Of a stretch of DNA of 52,249 bases, positions 1-9,774 are shown piece by piece. The DNA lies in the IMG/VR virus record IMGVR_UViG_3300044823_000078, positions 1 through 52,249 of that record; one strand, 5' to 3'. The stretch's first letter is position 1; every line of letters starts with the position of its first letter. The DNA comes from a virus. Taxonomy: Duplodnaviria; Caudoviricetes. The notes beneath the pieces are model-generated. The model was not told the origin of the DNA and searched no databases. It was given only the letters and a program-made list of their open reading frames with translations. The translations under genes were made by a program, and so were the position numbers.

Positions 1-127
1 TGGCGGAAGCGGCGAGGTCGTTGGAGTCACAAGTTGTCTCAGTTATAATGTATGATGACCACGGCGAACAAGGTCAAACAACTGACCGCAATGAGCCTCA
101 CCGCCGACTACTACGCCAAGCCCTCGC
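1..127 (+). repeat. Exact 127-bp direct repeat, copy 1 (copy 2 at 43019-43145)
   Basis: Base-by-base identity; first mismatch at 128 (T) vs 43146 (C). Confidence 0.95.
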
Positions 128-187
128 TCAACTCGCCGCCGTTCGCGGTGGAAAGTAAAACATTATCAACTTAACTAAAACGACTAT

Positions 188-958
188 ATGAATTACGAAG
201 AAGCATTACGAAAAGCCGCCCTCTGCTTAAAGCTGGCGCAGTCCTCAAATACAAACGAGGCCGCGCTTGCGGCAAGCAAGGCGCAAGAAATTATAGACCG
301 ATACCAGCTCGACGTGAATCAGCTCGGCTATGATTCTGCGCAAGAAAAGTTGGACGCAGAGCCGATAGTGGATTACGGCTATGGCGACCCGCTCGACGTG
401 AGTCCGTATTCCTTTGCCGGCCATATCCGGCTCGCCAGCACGATCTCACGCCATAACGGATGCAGGATTATCCTTGGTCGCCAAGGTCAACACGCAAGGG
501 TGTTTAGAATCGTTGGCCGCCCTCGTGACGTGCAGACGGCGCGTTATATGTATGCGATGCTGAAGTCCGAGGCTGATAGGCTTACTAAGGCTTGCTGCAA
601 TGCTGGCCACTCCGCCAGTTACCGCAACCAGTTTTATATCGGAGTAGTGGATGCCATTACAATTAAGCTTGAAGAAACACGCAAGGCAACTTTCCAGAGC
701 CTACGCACCGAGCACAGTAATAACCCAATGGCACTGGTGCGTGTTAATAATGCCATTGCGAAGATGGAAAACCAATCGCTGCAAGTCCACAGCTGGATGA
801 AAGAAAAAATCCCAGGACTGCGCGCAACCCGCGCAGTTGGCAGCATCGGCTCCGAAGCTGGTTACTCAGGCCGCGAGCATGGCCGACGCGAAGGTGCATC
901 AATCCGTATTAGTAAAGCGTCAGGCTCACTCGGCTCTGGAAGAAAGGCATTACAATGA
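188..958 (+). CDS. DUF2786-domain protein
   Basis: N-terminal LKLAQSSNTNEAALAASKAQEII helix pattern; C-terminal GY-GREHG typical of the family. Confidence 0.75.
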   Translation: MNYEEALRKAALCLKLAQSSNTNEAALAASKAQEIIDRYQLDVNQLGYDSAQEKLDAEPIVDYGYGDPLDVSPYSFAGHIRLASTISRHNGCRIILGRQGQHARVFRIVGRPRDVQTARYMYAMLKSEADRLTKACCNAGHSASYRNQFYIGVVDAITIKLEETRKATFQSLRTEHSNNPMALVRVNNAIAKMENQSLQVHSWMKEKIPGLRATRAVGSIGSEAGYSGREHGRREGASIRISKASGSLGSGRKALQ

Positions 959-1133
959 ACATCTACGACCTAATCCTCGAAATTGACTACGCGAAATCCG
1001 CGCTGGAACTTCGGCGCATACGGAAGAAGGTTGTTCGAGCCTGCCCGGAGAACCTGCAAGCCGTTAACGTGGCCATTGACCAACAGTTCGCATTGCTAAA
1101 TTCGGCTGAGGTTAACCAAATTCCGAGGTGGAA

Positions 1134-1475
1134 ATGAAACGCATAATCCTCGCCATCATTCTATCCCTGCGCGGTTGCGAACCTTGTCCAGCCGCGCAGG
1201 CTCCAGACTTCGAGCGTATTGCCGATGCAATAAAGATTGCCGAAGGTTGCAATCCCCATTGGTGGTATGGAGTGCATCACAAAGGAAAGACTCCACTTGC
1301 CGAACCTGAAGCCCGCAGACGTTGCATCAATACCTTGCGCGGCCTTTGGAATCATTGCCCGGATGGGCAAGACTTCATTGGCTTCGTGGCTCCGGTTTAT
1401 TGTGGTGGAGATGAGAAGCAATGGGAACGAAATGTAAAAGCAATAATTAAAAAACAAAACAAAAAACTAAAATGA
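1134..1475 (+). CDS. Secreted small protein, possibly lysozyme-like fold
   Basis: Hydrophobic N-terminus MKRIILAIIL; IADAIKIAEG segment with a candidate catalytic Glu; W-RNV near C-terminus. Confidence 0.35.
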   Translation: MKRIILAIILSLRGCEPCPAAQAPDFERIADAIKIAEGCNPHWWYGVHHKGKTPLAEPEARRRCINTLRGLWNHCPDGQDFIGFVAPVYCGGDEKQWERNVKAIIKKQNKKLK

Positions 1476-2170
1476 AAACGACTAATAAAACCATAAGTGG
1501 TTACCACTTCACGGGAGATAAGCTTCGTAACGGCGCGGATATTCCAGTTATCGGAACTTGGCTGAAATTCAGTGGTGCAATTGTCCCATGCCAATCCGGA
1601 CTGCATATGTCCGAGCATCCGTTAGACGCATTGAAATATGCGCCCGGAAATCTACTTCACAAAGTCGAGCTTGGCGGAACATTAGTTTCACATTGTGAAA
1701 CCGAACCAACAATTGATAAGTGGTGTGGGGGCGAACGGAAAATTCTTGCAACAATTAACGCAGAAAAACTTCTACATGACTTTGCAAGATGGAATGCACT
1801 TCAAGTAATTCATTTGTGGAAAGCTCCGGCCATAGTTAAACAATATCTGGAGACCGGAGATAAGTCTATCAGGGCTGCTGCGCGGGATGCTGCGTTGGAT
1901 GCTGCTGCGTTGGATGCTGCGTGGGATGCTGCGCGGGCTGCTGCGTGGGATGCTGCGTGGGATGCTGTGCGGGATGCTGCGTTGGATGCTGCGTGGGATG
2001 CTGCGCGGGCTGCTGCGTTGGATGCTGCGTGGGATGCTGCGCGGGCTGCTGCGTGGGCTGCTGCGTGGGATGCTGCGCGGGATTGGGATGCTGCGTGGGA
2101 TGCTGCGATTGAAAAATCTCGTGCAAAGTTTTTAGAAATGGTAACTGCTGCATTTTTGGAGGCTAAATGA
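1472..2170 (+). CDS. Phage protein with DAAW/AAR tetrapeptide repeats
   Basis: C-SGLH-S N-terminal domain followed by a 12-nt repeat tract at about 1872-2107. Confidence 0.7.
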   Translation: MKTTNKTISGYHFTGDKLRNGADIPVIGTWLKFSGAIVPCQSGLHMSEHPLDALKYAPGNLLHKVELGGTLVSHCETEPTIDKWCGGERKILATINAEKLLHDFARWNALQVIHLWKAPAIVKQYLETGDKSIRAAARDAALDAAALDAAWDAARAAAWDAAWDAVRDAALDAAWDAARAAALDAAWDAARAAAWAAAWDAARDWDAAWDAAIEKSRAKFLEMVTAAFLEAK

Positions 2171-4488
2171 AAACCCTAACCTGGAGCGACGAACAAAAAG
2201 CTATCTTCGCTGAGTTCAAGAGCGGCACCCGGCATGTCGTCGTTGAGGCCTATGCCGGGACTGGCAAGACGGCCACAATCAAGGAGGCATTTAATCATTC
2301 GCCGGAACGTCGAATGCTCTACGCTGTATTCAATAAGCGTGCGCAAAAAGAGGCTGAGGCTAAAATTACAGGCGACCGCGTGGATGTTCGCACGCTCCAC
2401 TCGCTCGGCTATATGTTCATCAAGAATGTGTGGAGCAACGCCAAGGCCGATAATGATATTGAGTATGAACGTGCAGTTCAAACCTGCGGCCCCGGTGATA
2501 AGGAATACATCGGCATGGTAGTTAAGCTTGTTAGCTTCGTAAAGAATACGTGCATCAATCCGACCGAGGCCGAGATAATCCAAATCGCAAATGAGCGGCT
2601 TCAATGGGACGGAGAATCTGCCCGCGTGTTGGCCGGAGCCTGCCAGAAGATTCTTGCGCAGTCCAAAGTCCGAGACTCGCATGGCCGCATTTCCTTCGAC
2701 GACATGGTCTGGCTTCCGGTGGCAATGAACTGGGTTAAGCCTCGCTACGAATTAGTGGTCGTTGACGAGGCACAAGATATGAATACACCCCAACTGGCGA
2801 TGGCTCGGCAAGCGTCAAGCGGTCGGGTGATTGTGGTCGGTGACCGCCGGCAGGCCATCTACGGTTTCCGGGGGGCAGCAACTGACGGAATGGGAATGAT
2901 GAAAACTGTCTTGCGCGCCACTGAGTTGAAACTCACTACAACTTACCGCTGCCCAAAGGCTGTTGTGAAAGAGGCCAACTCCGTAGTCCCGGAATACCGC
3001 GCCGCTGATACCGCGCTGGAAGGCCTGGTCGCCCCTGGAAGCGTTTCAAATGCCGAGGTAGGTGATTCTATCCTATCCCGCCTAAACGCCCCCCTGATGC
3101 CCATTGCGCTTCAACTCATACGTGCAGGAAAGCCTGCAAGGATTGAGGGTCGGGATATTGGCCGGCAACTGCTTTCCATGGTGCGCACAATGAAAGCCCG
3201 GAGCGTGCCGCATTTTATTGAACGCGTTGAGGGTTGGCTTGCAAAACAAATCGAGCGGCTCGGGAAGCAGAAGAAAGCCGAGAAGCGAATTGAGCAAGCG
3301 GATGATATTGCGCAAACCCTCAAGGCTGTGGCTGAAGGCTGCAAGGGTGTAAGTGAAGTCGAGCAACGCATCCAGAATTTATTCGAGGACACTACTGCGC
3401 AGAGTCGGCCAGCAATAGTCCTTTCCTCGGTTCACAAAGCCAAGGGCTTGGAATGGCCACGAGTGTTCCTGCTGACCGAAACCTTTCGGCGCGGCAAGGG
3501 AACGGAAGAGGACAACATTTATTATGTTGCCGTGACTCGTGCAATGAAGGAATTGTATTTGGTCGGTGGAAAAGAAATTCAACTTCAAAAAACTGTAGGT
3601 ATTGGTCAATCTGCGCCAGGAACAATTCCTGGTGCTGTTCAAATTTCTCCGGCGGTTGAACCTAGTCGTCTGGACGCTTCGGCTCCAGTTCCGGTTGCTG
3701 TGATTGTTAGCACTCAACCCGCAACCGCCGGAGTTACTTTGGATAACTACCGAACCCCAACCGGGCTTATTTACCATCAGCTTGGGAATGTGGTAAAGCT
3801 CGTCGGAACGGAACACGTTTGCATCGGAGTGAACGACTGCACGGCCAAGTTTGTTCCATGCGGAAAGGTGACCCGAGTAATTGAGAATCGGTTCGATGCC
3901 GAAAAGAATCGCACTGTAGAGTTTACATCCAACAAGCAACAGAATATATGTTCAACCACCGACCCGGAGTTTATCATCCGGGTCATGCCGAAAAAGGAAT
4001 TGCAAGTTTTCCTTGACCGAGTAGCCGGTAAGTCAAAGGAAAAAACCGAAACCGGCAAACAACAAACAACCGAAGAAAATAGTATGAAGACAAAAGGCAA
4101 AGCAGTGAAATCCAAATCCAAAACATCCGACACGTTGAGCACAATCGTTGCGCTGGCCAAGTCCGGCAAGACGGAAGCCGCAATCGTGGCAGGAATTAAG
4201 AAAGCCAACGGCGGTGAAATCAGCGCGGCACAGACTTATCTTTGTGGCCGGGAATGGCGCCGGGAAAATGATATGCTCCGCAAAGGTGGGCCAATCCGTT
4301 CCACAAAGGCCGCCAAAACGCCCAGCAAGCCCGCCAAGGCTTCTAAAGCTCCAGCTAAGCCTTCCAAGGCCAAAGCGACTAAAGCCCCGGCGCGGAAGCT
4401 CCCACAGCCGCCGAAGCTGCCCGTTCCCGCGAAGCCCGTCAGCTCAACCCCGCCGCCGCGTCCCGGCTCCGACCAAACCAGCGAGTAA
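2167..4488 (+). CDS. UvrD/Rep-like SF1 helicase with long C-terminal extension
   Basis: AYAGTGKT, VVDEAQD, VGDRRQAIYGFRG, TYRCP, SVHKAKGLEW, YVAVTRA. Confidence 0.92.
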   Translation: MKTLTWSDEQKAIFAEFKSGTRHVVVEAYAGTGKTATIKEAFNHSPERRMLYAVFNKRAQKEAEAKITGDRVDVRTLHSLGYMFIKNVWSNAKADNDIEYERAVQTCGPGDKEYIGMVVKLVSFVKNTCINPTEAEIIQIANERLQWDGESARVLAGACQKILAQSKVRDSHGRISFDDMVWLPVAMNWVKPRYELVVVDEAQDMNTPQLAMARQASSGRVIVVGDRRQAIYGFRGAATDGMGMMKTVLRATELKLTTTYRCPKAVVKEANSVVPEYRAADTALEGLVAPGSVSNAEVGDSILSRLNAPLMPIALQLIRAGKPARIEGRDIGRQLLSMVRTMKARSVPHFIERVEGWLAKQIERLGKQKKAEKRIEQADDIAQTLKAVAEGCKGVSEVEQRIQNLFEDTTAQSRPAIVLSSVHKAKGLEWPRVFLLTETFRRGKGTEEDNIYYVAVTRAMKELYLVGGKEIQLQKTVGIGQSAPGTIPGAVQISPAVEPSRLDASAPVPVAVIVSTQPATAGVTLDNYRTPTGLIYHQLGNVVKLVGTEHVCIGVNDCTAKFVPCGKVTRVIENRFDAEKNRTVEFTSNKQQNICSTTDPEFIIRVMPKKELQVFLDRVAGKSKEKTETGKQQTTEENSMKTKGKAVKSKSKTSDTLSTIVALAKSGKTEAAIVAGIKKANGGEISAAQTYLCGREWRRENDMLRKGGPIRSTKAAKTPSKPAKASKAPAKPSKAKATKAPARKLPQPPKLPVPAKPVSSTPPPRPGSDQTSE

Positions 4489-4505
4489 ATCCCAAATCAA
4501 AAGTC

Positions 4506-4540
4506 GGCGCGGTCTCGCAATTGAAGGCCGCGCCACTTTC
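4506..4540 (+). terminator. GC-rich hairpin, possible terminator or processing site
   Basis: GGCGCGGTC...GGCCGCGCC stem right after the helicase stop; weak T tract. Confidence 0.35.
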
Positions 4541-4549
4541 ATTAAATTT

Positions 4550-5236
4550 ATGGACTTAATTGAAAACCAGGATTACGTTTTTGTAAAAGGGCACGGAATA
4601 AAACATCCACCCTTCGGCCACTACCTTTTATGCAGCAACGATGATGGGAGCAAAAGGAATGCCGTCGTTCCGTATATGGATGGCTTTAAGCTGCTTAACT
4701 TTTTACCGACCGATACGGTCGTTGACATCGGCGCTTACTGCGGAACATTCTTTTGCTTTGTTGATAAGTTTCGAGTTGATAGGGTTGATTTTTACGAGCC
4801 AACCATGCGCGCCTTTTATATTGCCAGCATGAATGCGGCTCGTTGTAAAAACAAAGTAGTCGGCCATCATTCAGCAATAGTCGCCGGAATTAAGCCAGTA
4901 ACTGAGTTTTATATTTCGCCAGGCATCGGTGTTACGAATAGGCTTTGGCCGGCGAGCAAGTCGCGCAAGGTCGTTATCAGCGCAACCCAATATTCCCGCG
5001 CCGTTAAAAATGCAACGGTGGTAAAGATTGATATTGAGGGTGGCGAGTATAACCTGCCGCTTGTCCAGCCGAGTCTGCGTCAAGCCTGTATTGATTTTCA
5101 TCCGATTCCTAGGAATAAACTTTGGACAGATGAGGCGGATAGTCGTATTGCAGAATTTGAAGCTGCCGGATTTACGTGCCTACTGCGCCCGACATGGAAA
5201 AATGGATGGAGCCGGGTTGCTGTTTTACGAAAATAA
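4550..5236 (+). CDS. FkbM-family SAM-dependent methyltransferase
   Basis: VVDIGAYCG, FYEP, VKIDIEGGEY motifs; ATG at 4550 preferred over the track start at 4148. Confidence 0.8.
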   Translation: MDLIENQDYVFVKGHGIKHPPFGHYLLCSNDDGSKRNAVVPYMDGFKLLNFLPTDTVVDIGAYCGTFFCFVDKFRVDRVDFYEPTMRAFYIASMNAARCKNKVVGHHSAIVAGIKPVTEFYISPGIGVTNRLWPASKSRKVVISATQYSRAVKNATVVKIDIEGGEYNLPLVQPSLRQACIDFHPIPRNKLWTDEADSRIAEFEAAGFTCLLRPTWKNGWSRVAVLRK

Positions 5237-5301
5237 CTTACTTAATATCATCTGCCCAATTTGAACTTCCAAAAATTCCCCACTTAATATAAAGTCCTTT
5301 T

Positions 5302-5520
5302 ATGAAAGTAAAAAAACCCAAAACCACATCGGGCTTTCATTGCTACCTGCCGAACGAAACAGTCCAGATGCTCAAGCAGGACTCTATCCATTTCAACAAA
5401 ACCACTTCGGAAATCTGCGCAGCTATTTACCGGACTCACTTTGCCTTTAAGACTGCGGAGCGGGCAATCGTCTATAAACTTATCCCGAAGAAAACCATTG
5501 GCAGAAAGGTGGTCGTATGA
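5302..5520 (+). CDS. Small basic protein, possibly ribbon-helix-helix DNA-binding
   Basis: FHCYLPNETVQML...TTSEI strand-helix-helix pattern. Confidence 0.35.
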   Translation: MKVKKPKTTSGFHCYLPNETVQMLKQDSIHFNKTTSEICAAIYRTHFAFKTAERAIVYKLIPKKTIGRKVVV

Positions 5521-5726
5521 TTTACATCGGACTTTCAATCGTAGCCTTCGTTTATATTGTTGCAATCCTTGCGTTAAAACATGCACCATTTCCCGAGCCG
5601 CGCGACCTGGGTTACCGTGCCGACTCGGTGCGGGCAGGAAAGCTGCCGGCAGGTTCGGTTCCTAACGTGGCCGAACCTGCCACGGATTTTATAGTTGATG
5701 AAGCCCATCACCCAAAGGGTTATTGA
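5517..5726 (+). CDS. Small single-pass membrane protein
   Basis: N-terminal hydrophobic helix; similar to the ORF at 31107. Confidence 0.5.
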   Translation: MIYIGLSIVAFVYIVAILALKHAPFPEPRDLGYRADSVRAGKLPAGSVPNVAEPATDFIVDEAHHPKGY

Positions 5727-5730
5727 TTTT

Positions 5731-6861
5731 ATGAATCGAAATAACGTCCTGACCGCCTCTCGGATGAATGCCGAGATGTCCTGCTCCCGGAAGCATTACT
5801 GGGGCAATGAAGTCGGCCTGACTAAAACTGAAGTCGGCGTTGCCTTACGCATCGGCTCCGCTTGGGCGCGTGCAATGGAAGCCCGGTGGCATGGCAAGAC
5901 TTACGAGGCGGCATTACTTGAAGCCATCCCGGACGGGATAGACCTAAATGCCTATGATTGCGCAGTAGTCTCAGCCCTGCTCGCTGCTTACTACGAAGTG
6001 TATGGCCGCAACGAGAAAGTCGGAAAGCTGCATCCTGAAGTTGAAATCCCACCACGCAAACTTGGAGTCGGTGACTTTATTGTGCGCGGAAAGTTGGACG
6101 GCCTTGGCTCATTAAAGGATGGTCGCTCAGTTATTATCGAATCCAAAACAACTTCTGCACGGCTCGATGCCTCATCTGATTACTGGCTCCGGCTATCGTT
6201 CAACCTTCAAGTGTATCAATACTTGGTCGAGGCTCGGCAGATGGGCTGGGATGTGGCCGTGATATTCTATGACGTAACCCGCAAGCCGATGATTCGTCCA
6301 TGCGAGATAAACAACCTTGACCAAAAGGGATTGAAGATTGTCGTGGATAAAAATGGAAAGAGAATTTATGCGACTAAAAAAATCAAAACTGGAAAAGGAA
6401 AGACAGCGAGAGTTCGAGAAGTTGAAGACCGAAATAAGCCAAGGCAATCTGCGGACGTATCAAAAGGTTGGGCTGTTAAATCTCATACGGAAACTCCGGA
6501 CGAATACTGCGACCGGGTTTACAAGGATGCACTTGCTCGTCCAGATTTTTACTTCGCGCGTCGGGAAATCCCTGTGATAGACCAACAGCTTGTAGCTTTC
6601 GAGCTACAACGTGAAGCGATTGCCCGACGTATCCTGCGCCAGCGCGAAGATGAGGCCGGGCTGGTTAATCCTGAAGACGCATGGCCGCGTAACGTCTCTG
6701 AGCACACTTGCAATTTCTGTTCCTACAAATCATTTTGTCTAAGCAACATTCACCCAAACATAAACAACCCACCGGAAGGTTTCGTCATACGCGACCACAA
6801 CCCGGAACTTGAAAGGATAGAACCATGCGAATCCGGCTCACCGAACGAACCCGCTGCGTAG
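5731..6861 (+). CDS. PD-(D/E)XK exonuclease (Cas4/AddB-like, Fe-S cysteines)
   Basis: GKLDG...IIESKT, Q-YQY, N-terminal Cys plus C-terminal CNFCSYKSFC. Confidence 0.85.
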   Translation: MNRNNVLTASRMNAEMSCSRKHYWGNEVGLTKTEVGVALRIGSAWARAMEARWHGKTYEAALLEAIPDGIDLNAYDCAVVSALLAAYYEVYGRNEKVGKLHPEVEIPPRKLGVGDFIVRGKLDGLGSLKDGRSVIIESKTTSARLDASSDYWLRLSFNLQVYQYLVEARQMGWDVAVIFYDVTRKPMIRPCEINNLDQKGLKIVVDKNGKRIYATKKIKTGKGKTARVREVEDRNKPRQSADVSKGWAVKSHTETPDEYCDRVYKDALARPDFYFARREIPVIDQQLVAFELQREAIARRILRQREDEAGLVNPEDAWPRNVSEHTCNFCSYKSFCLSNIHPNINNPPEGFVIRDHNPELERIEPCESGSPNEPAA

Positions 6862-7143
6862 TCAAGCAGCCGAACTATTCAATTCCAGCCAAGACTCACG
6901 CCGAGTTCAAGGCCATCGTTGAAAGCCTTTACCCGGACTTCGGCCTAGTCTTTACGAAGATGAAAGCCCGCGTCGAGCCGTTTAGTCTAAGCAGAATCAA
7001 ATTAACCTGGAAACCAATATGAATCCACAACATCGAATCAACAAAAAATCAAACCGGGAACGTCGCCTGCTTAAAAACTCAAAAGCCATGATGGATAAAC
7101 ATGAGCACGACAAGAACCGGGTTCAACCGAAAGACAAACAAAT

Positions 7144-7518
7144 ATGAGACTATCAAACGCAAAAGAGTATCTGCCATTTGTGCAAGCTGCGGCGGAAGGT
7201 AAATCAATACAGTGGAGGCCCGCCGGTAATAATTCGTGGGAAGACGCTGCCCGTTTAAACTTTGATGAGGGTTATGAGTTCCGCATCAAACCCACCCCAA
7301 CCCTGCGTCCTTGGAGACCAGAAGAAGTGCCGGTTGGGGCGCAAATACGGAGAACTATTTGTCCGATTGATAGGAATATAATTTCTGGAGTTTCGGCCTT
7401 AACAATTAGGTTGGCTGGCGACTGTTATCCTAATAAAATGAACCTGTGCAATTTAGATGAGTTTGAACACTCCCTTGACCATGGAAAAACCTGGCTTCCC
7501 TGCGGTATTATTGAATAA
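7144..7518 (+). CDS. Hypothetical phage protein
   Basis: AEGKSIQW...W...YEFRIKP pattern common in small phage proteins. Confidence 0.55.
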   Translation: MRLSNAKEYLPFVQAAAEGKSIQWRPAGNNSWEDAARLNFDEGYEFRIKPTPTLRPWRPEEVPVGAQIRRTICPIDRNIISGVSALTIRLAGDCYPNKMNLCNLDEFEHSLDHGKTWLPCGIIE

Positions 7519-7522
7519 CATT

Positions 7523-8347
7523 ATGCCATCACCTAAAATGCCCACACGTCCACCCGCTCCGCCGCAAAGTCAGCAGGCTAAATCTAAAGTTTCCTTTGCG
7601 CCAATCCCGGCCACGAAAGGCCATCGAGTCCTGCTCTACGGCCCAGGTGGTATTGGCAAGACGACCCTGGCCTGCCAAGCTCCTGGAACGGTAGCTGTAA
7701 TTGATGCCGACGAATCCCTCGGCATCCTGAAGTCCCAACTGACTGCGCAGGAAATCCAAATCCCGAAACTTGTTCCAGCATCCAACTGGGCCGAAGTCCG
7801 CACAGCCTTGCAATCGGACGGATGGAACGGAATCAACACTATCGTAATTGATACCGCCACGAAGCTCGAGGAGTGGTGCGTGGCGCATATGATTAAAACC
7901 GTAAAGCATGAAAAAGGCCACGTGGTCCATTCGATTGAAGACTACGGATTTGGAAAAGGTTTCCAGTTTGTCTTTGATACGTGGTTGAATATCCTCGGAG
8001 ACCTTGACCGTCACGTCCGCGCGGGCAGGAATGTTATCTTGGTTGCGCATGACTGCGTAAGTAACGTGCCGAATCCCAATGGTGAGGATTGGATACGCTA
8101 TGAGCCTCGGCTCCAAGACCTGAAGAGTGGTAAGGCGTCTATCAGGCTCCGCTGTAAGGAATGGTGCGACCACGTTTTATTCGTAGGTTACGACGTGGCC
8201 GTAAAGGAAAAGAAAGCGCAAGGTTCAGGGACGCGCACAATGTACACGGCCGAGCTTCCATTCTGTATGGCCAAGTCCAGGACTACGAACGAGCAGTTTA
8301 ACATCGAACTTGGTCAGGAAAATCCCTGGGAGCAAATCATTAAATAA
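7523..8347 (+). CDS. AAA_24-family ATPase (Sak4-like recombinase)
   Basis: LYGPGGIGKTT, IVIDT, YGFGKG, EWCDHVLF, AKSR; between nuclease and SSB-like gene. Confidence 0.85.
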   Translation: MPSPKMPTRPPAPPQSQQAKSKVSFAPIPATKGHRVLLYGPGGIGKTTLACQAPGTVAVIDADESLGILKSQLTAQEIQIPKLVPASNWAEVRTALQSDGWNGINTIVIDTATKLEEWCVAHMIKTVKHEKGHVVHSIEDYGFGKGFQFVFDTWLNILGDLDRHVRAGRNVILVAHDCVSNVPNPNGEDWIRYEPRLQDLKSGKASIRLRCKEWCDHVLFVGYDVAVKEKKAQGSGTRTMYTAELPFCMAKSRTTNEQFNIELGQENPWEQIIK

Positions 8348-8712
8348 AAAACTATGAAATCATCTATAAACCACCAAAATAAAATCCGTATTACTATTGC
8401 GGCAATTGCGGCGTCACTTACACCAACAATCAATCGGGTTAAGTCCGCAAGGGCGGCTGTATTAAAGCTGCTCGGTAAAATCCCCGAAGGAACGGCAACA
8501 TATAAAACGCTATGCCCGCGCGGTGCGGGTTCTGGACCTGGTAGCCATACCTTTGAACAGCAAACTGAAGTTGGCTCGCGACGGTTCGCTCGCCGTCGCC
8601 AAAAGTTTATCAAGGATTTATCCCATACTGAATGGGGCCGGCAGTTTAATTAACCAATCTCGGCTCGCGAGCCAAGAGCAAACAAAAACAACAAACGAAA
8701 GGTAAAAAGCAA

Positions 8713-9408
8713 ATGAGCAAAAACATTCCAAACGCCGGGACATATCCGGCCAAGACTACCGGTCAAATGGTCGTCTATGAAACTGAAAAGGGCGCGCTGT
8801 GCGTAGCCATTCCCGTTGAGATAATGGGAAGTGAAGTGGCCTGGCGCGGCAAGCATACAGCAACCCTCGCCAAGCAGGACGGAACTTTGATGGCGCGTGG
8901 CATCCAAGACCTGAAGACCATCTTTGGTTGGGACGGTATTGACCCGTTCGCCTTGCAGGATATTGAAGTCGGCGCGCACGAGTTTGAAATCGTGGGAGAG
9001 CATCAGGAATACACTCCGCCCGGAGATGATGCCCAGCCGGTCATGACGTTCAAGATTGTGTTCATGAATCCGCCCGGCGGCTCGTCCAAGATGCCAGCCA
9101 TGCTGGAAGGCAATGACGCGAAGGCAATCCGCACGAAGTATGCCTCGAAGTTCAAAGCCTTGTCCGGCGGCAAGTCCGCATCATCCGGCCCGCCGTCACG
9201 CAAGTCCACCGGAGCTGTTGCGCGCACTTCTACGCAAGAGGAAGTCTGGACGGCATTCGCCGCTGCGCACGAAGGCGAAGACGAAGGCGAACTCGGCAAG
9301 CAATACTGGGCCGCCGTTGCCGAAGTCGAAGGCACCGAACCTGATGCCGTCACCGGAGAACTCGACCTGAAACAATGGGGCGAAGTCGCCGTGAAGCTTG
9401 AGGTTTAA
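8713..9408 (+). CDS. Putative single-stranded DNA-binding protein
   Basis: AGTYPA start, beta-rich core, acidic C-terminus; position after the Sak4-like gene. Confidence 0.5.
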   Translation: MSKNIPNAGTYPAKTTGQMVVYETEKGALCVAIPVEIMGSEVAWRGKHTATLAKQDGTLMARGIQDLKTIFGWDGIDPFALQDIEVGAHEFEIVGEHQEYTPPGDDAQPVMTFKIVFMNPPGGSSKMPAMLEGNDAKAIRTKYASKFKALSGGKSASSGPPSRKSTGAVARTSTQEEVWTAFAAAHEGEDEGELGKQYWAAVAEVEGTEPDAVTGELDLKQWGEVAVKLEV

Positions 9409-9774
9409 TTACCGGCAAAATCATACACGACGCCGAACATTGTAGAATTATGAACCTGAAACAAAGTTGTCAATCTGCAATGCAGGCTTCCGGTAATAGT
9501 CCTGAGATTCGCTGCCGTATGATAAGACTTTAAACTATTGATTACGGAGCAGTTGGCAGACCTGTAAAACTGCCACTAATTTAATTATGAAAAAACAACA
9601 ACCATTCAAGTTGACGAAACAGTGGAAGCGACTGCGGGGCGGCATGGTGATAAAAGACGGAGACCGATTCAAGACGGCGCTCGGATGGTTGCTTGCTACT
9701 CCGTGGCCGGACCATAAGGTTGGCGATTTTCACTACCCGGACGGAAGTCCGTTCATTTACATCCGTAAAATATC

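Noticed and set aside
1-127. Physical terminal repeat of a linear virion genome
   Set aside because: Falls mid-gene, equals a typical k-mer length, and GpA-type terminases usually make cos ends
1872-2107. Possible CRISPR array
   Set aside because: Contiguous 12-nt coding repeats with no spacers; no cas operon, and the Cas4-like nuclease sits in a recombination module
4148-4549. Long N-terminal extension of the methyltransferase
   Set aside because: Overlaps the helicase tail in another frame and crosses a hairpin; ATG 4550 fits better
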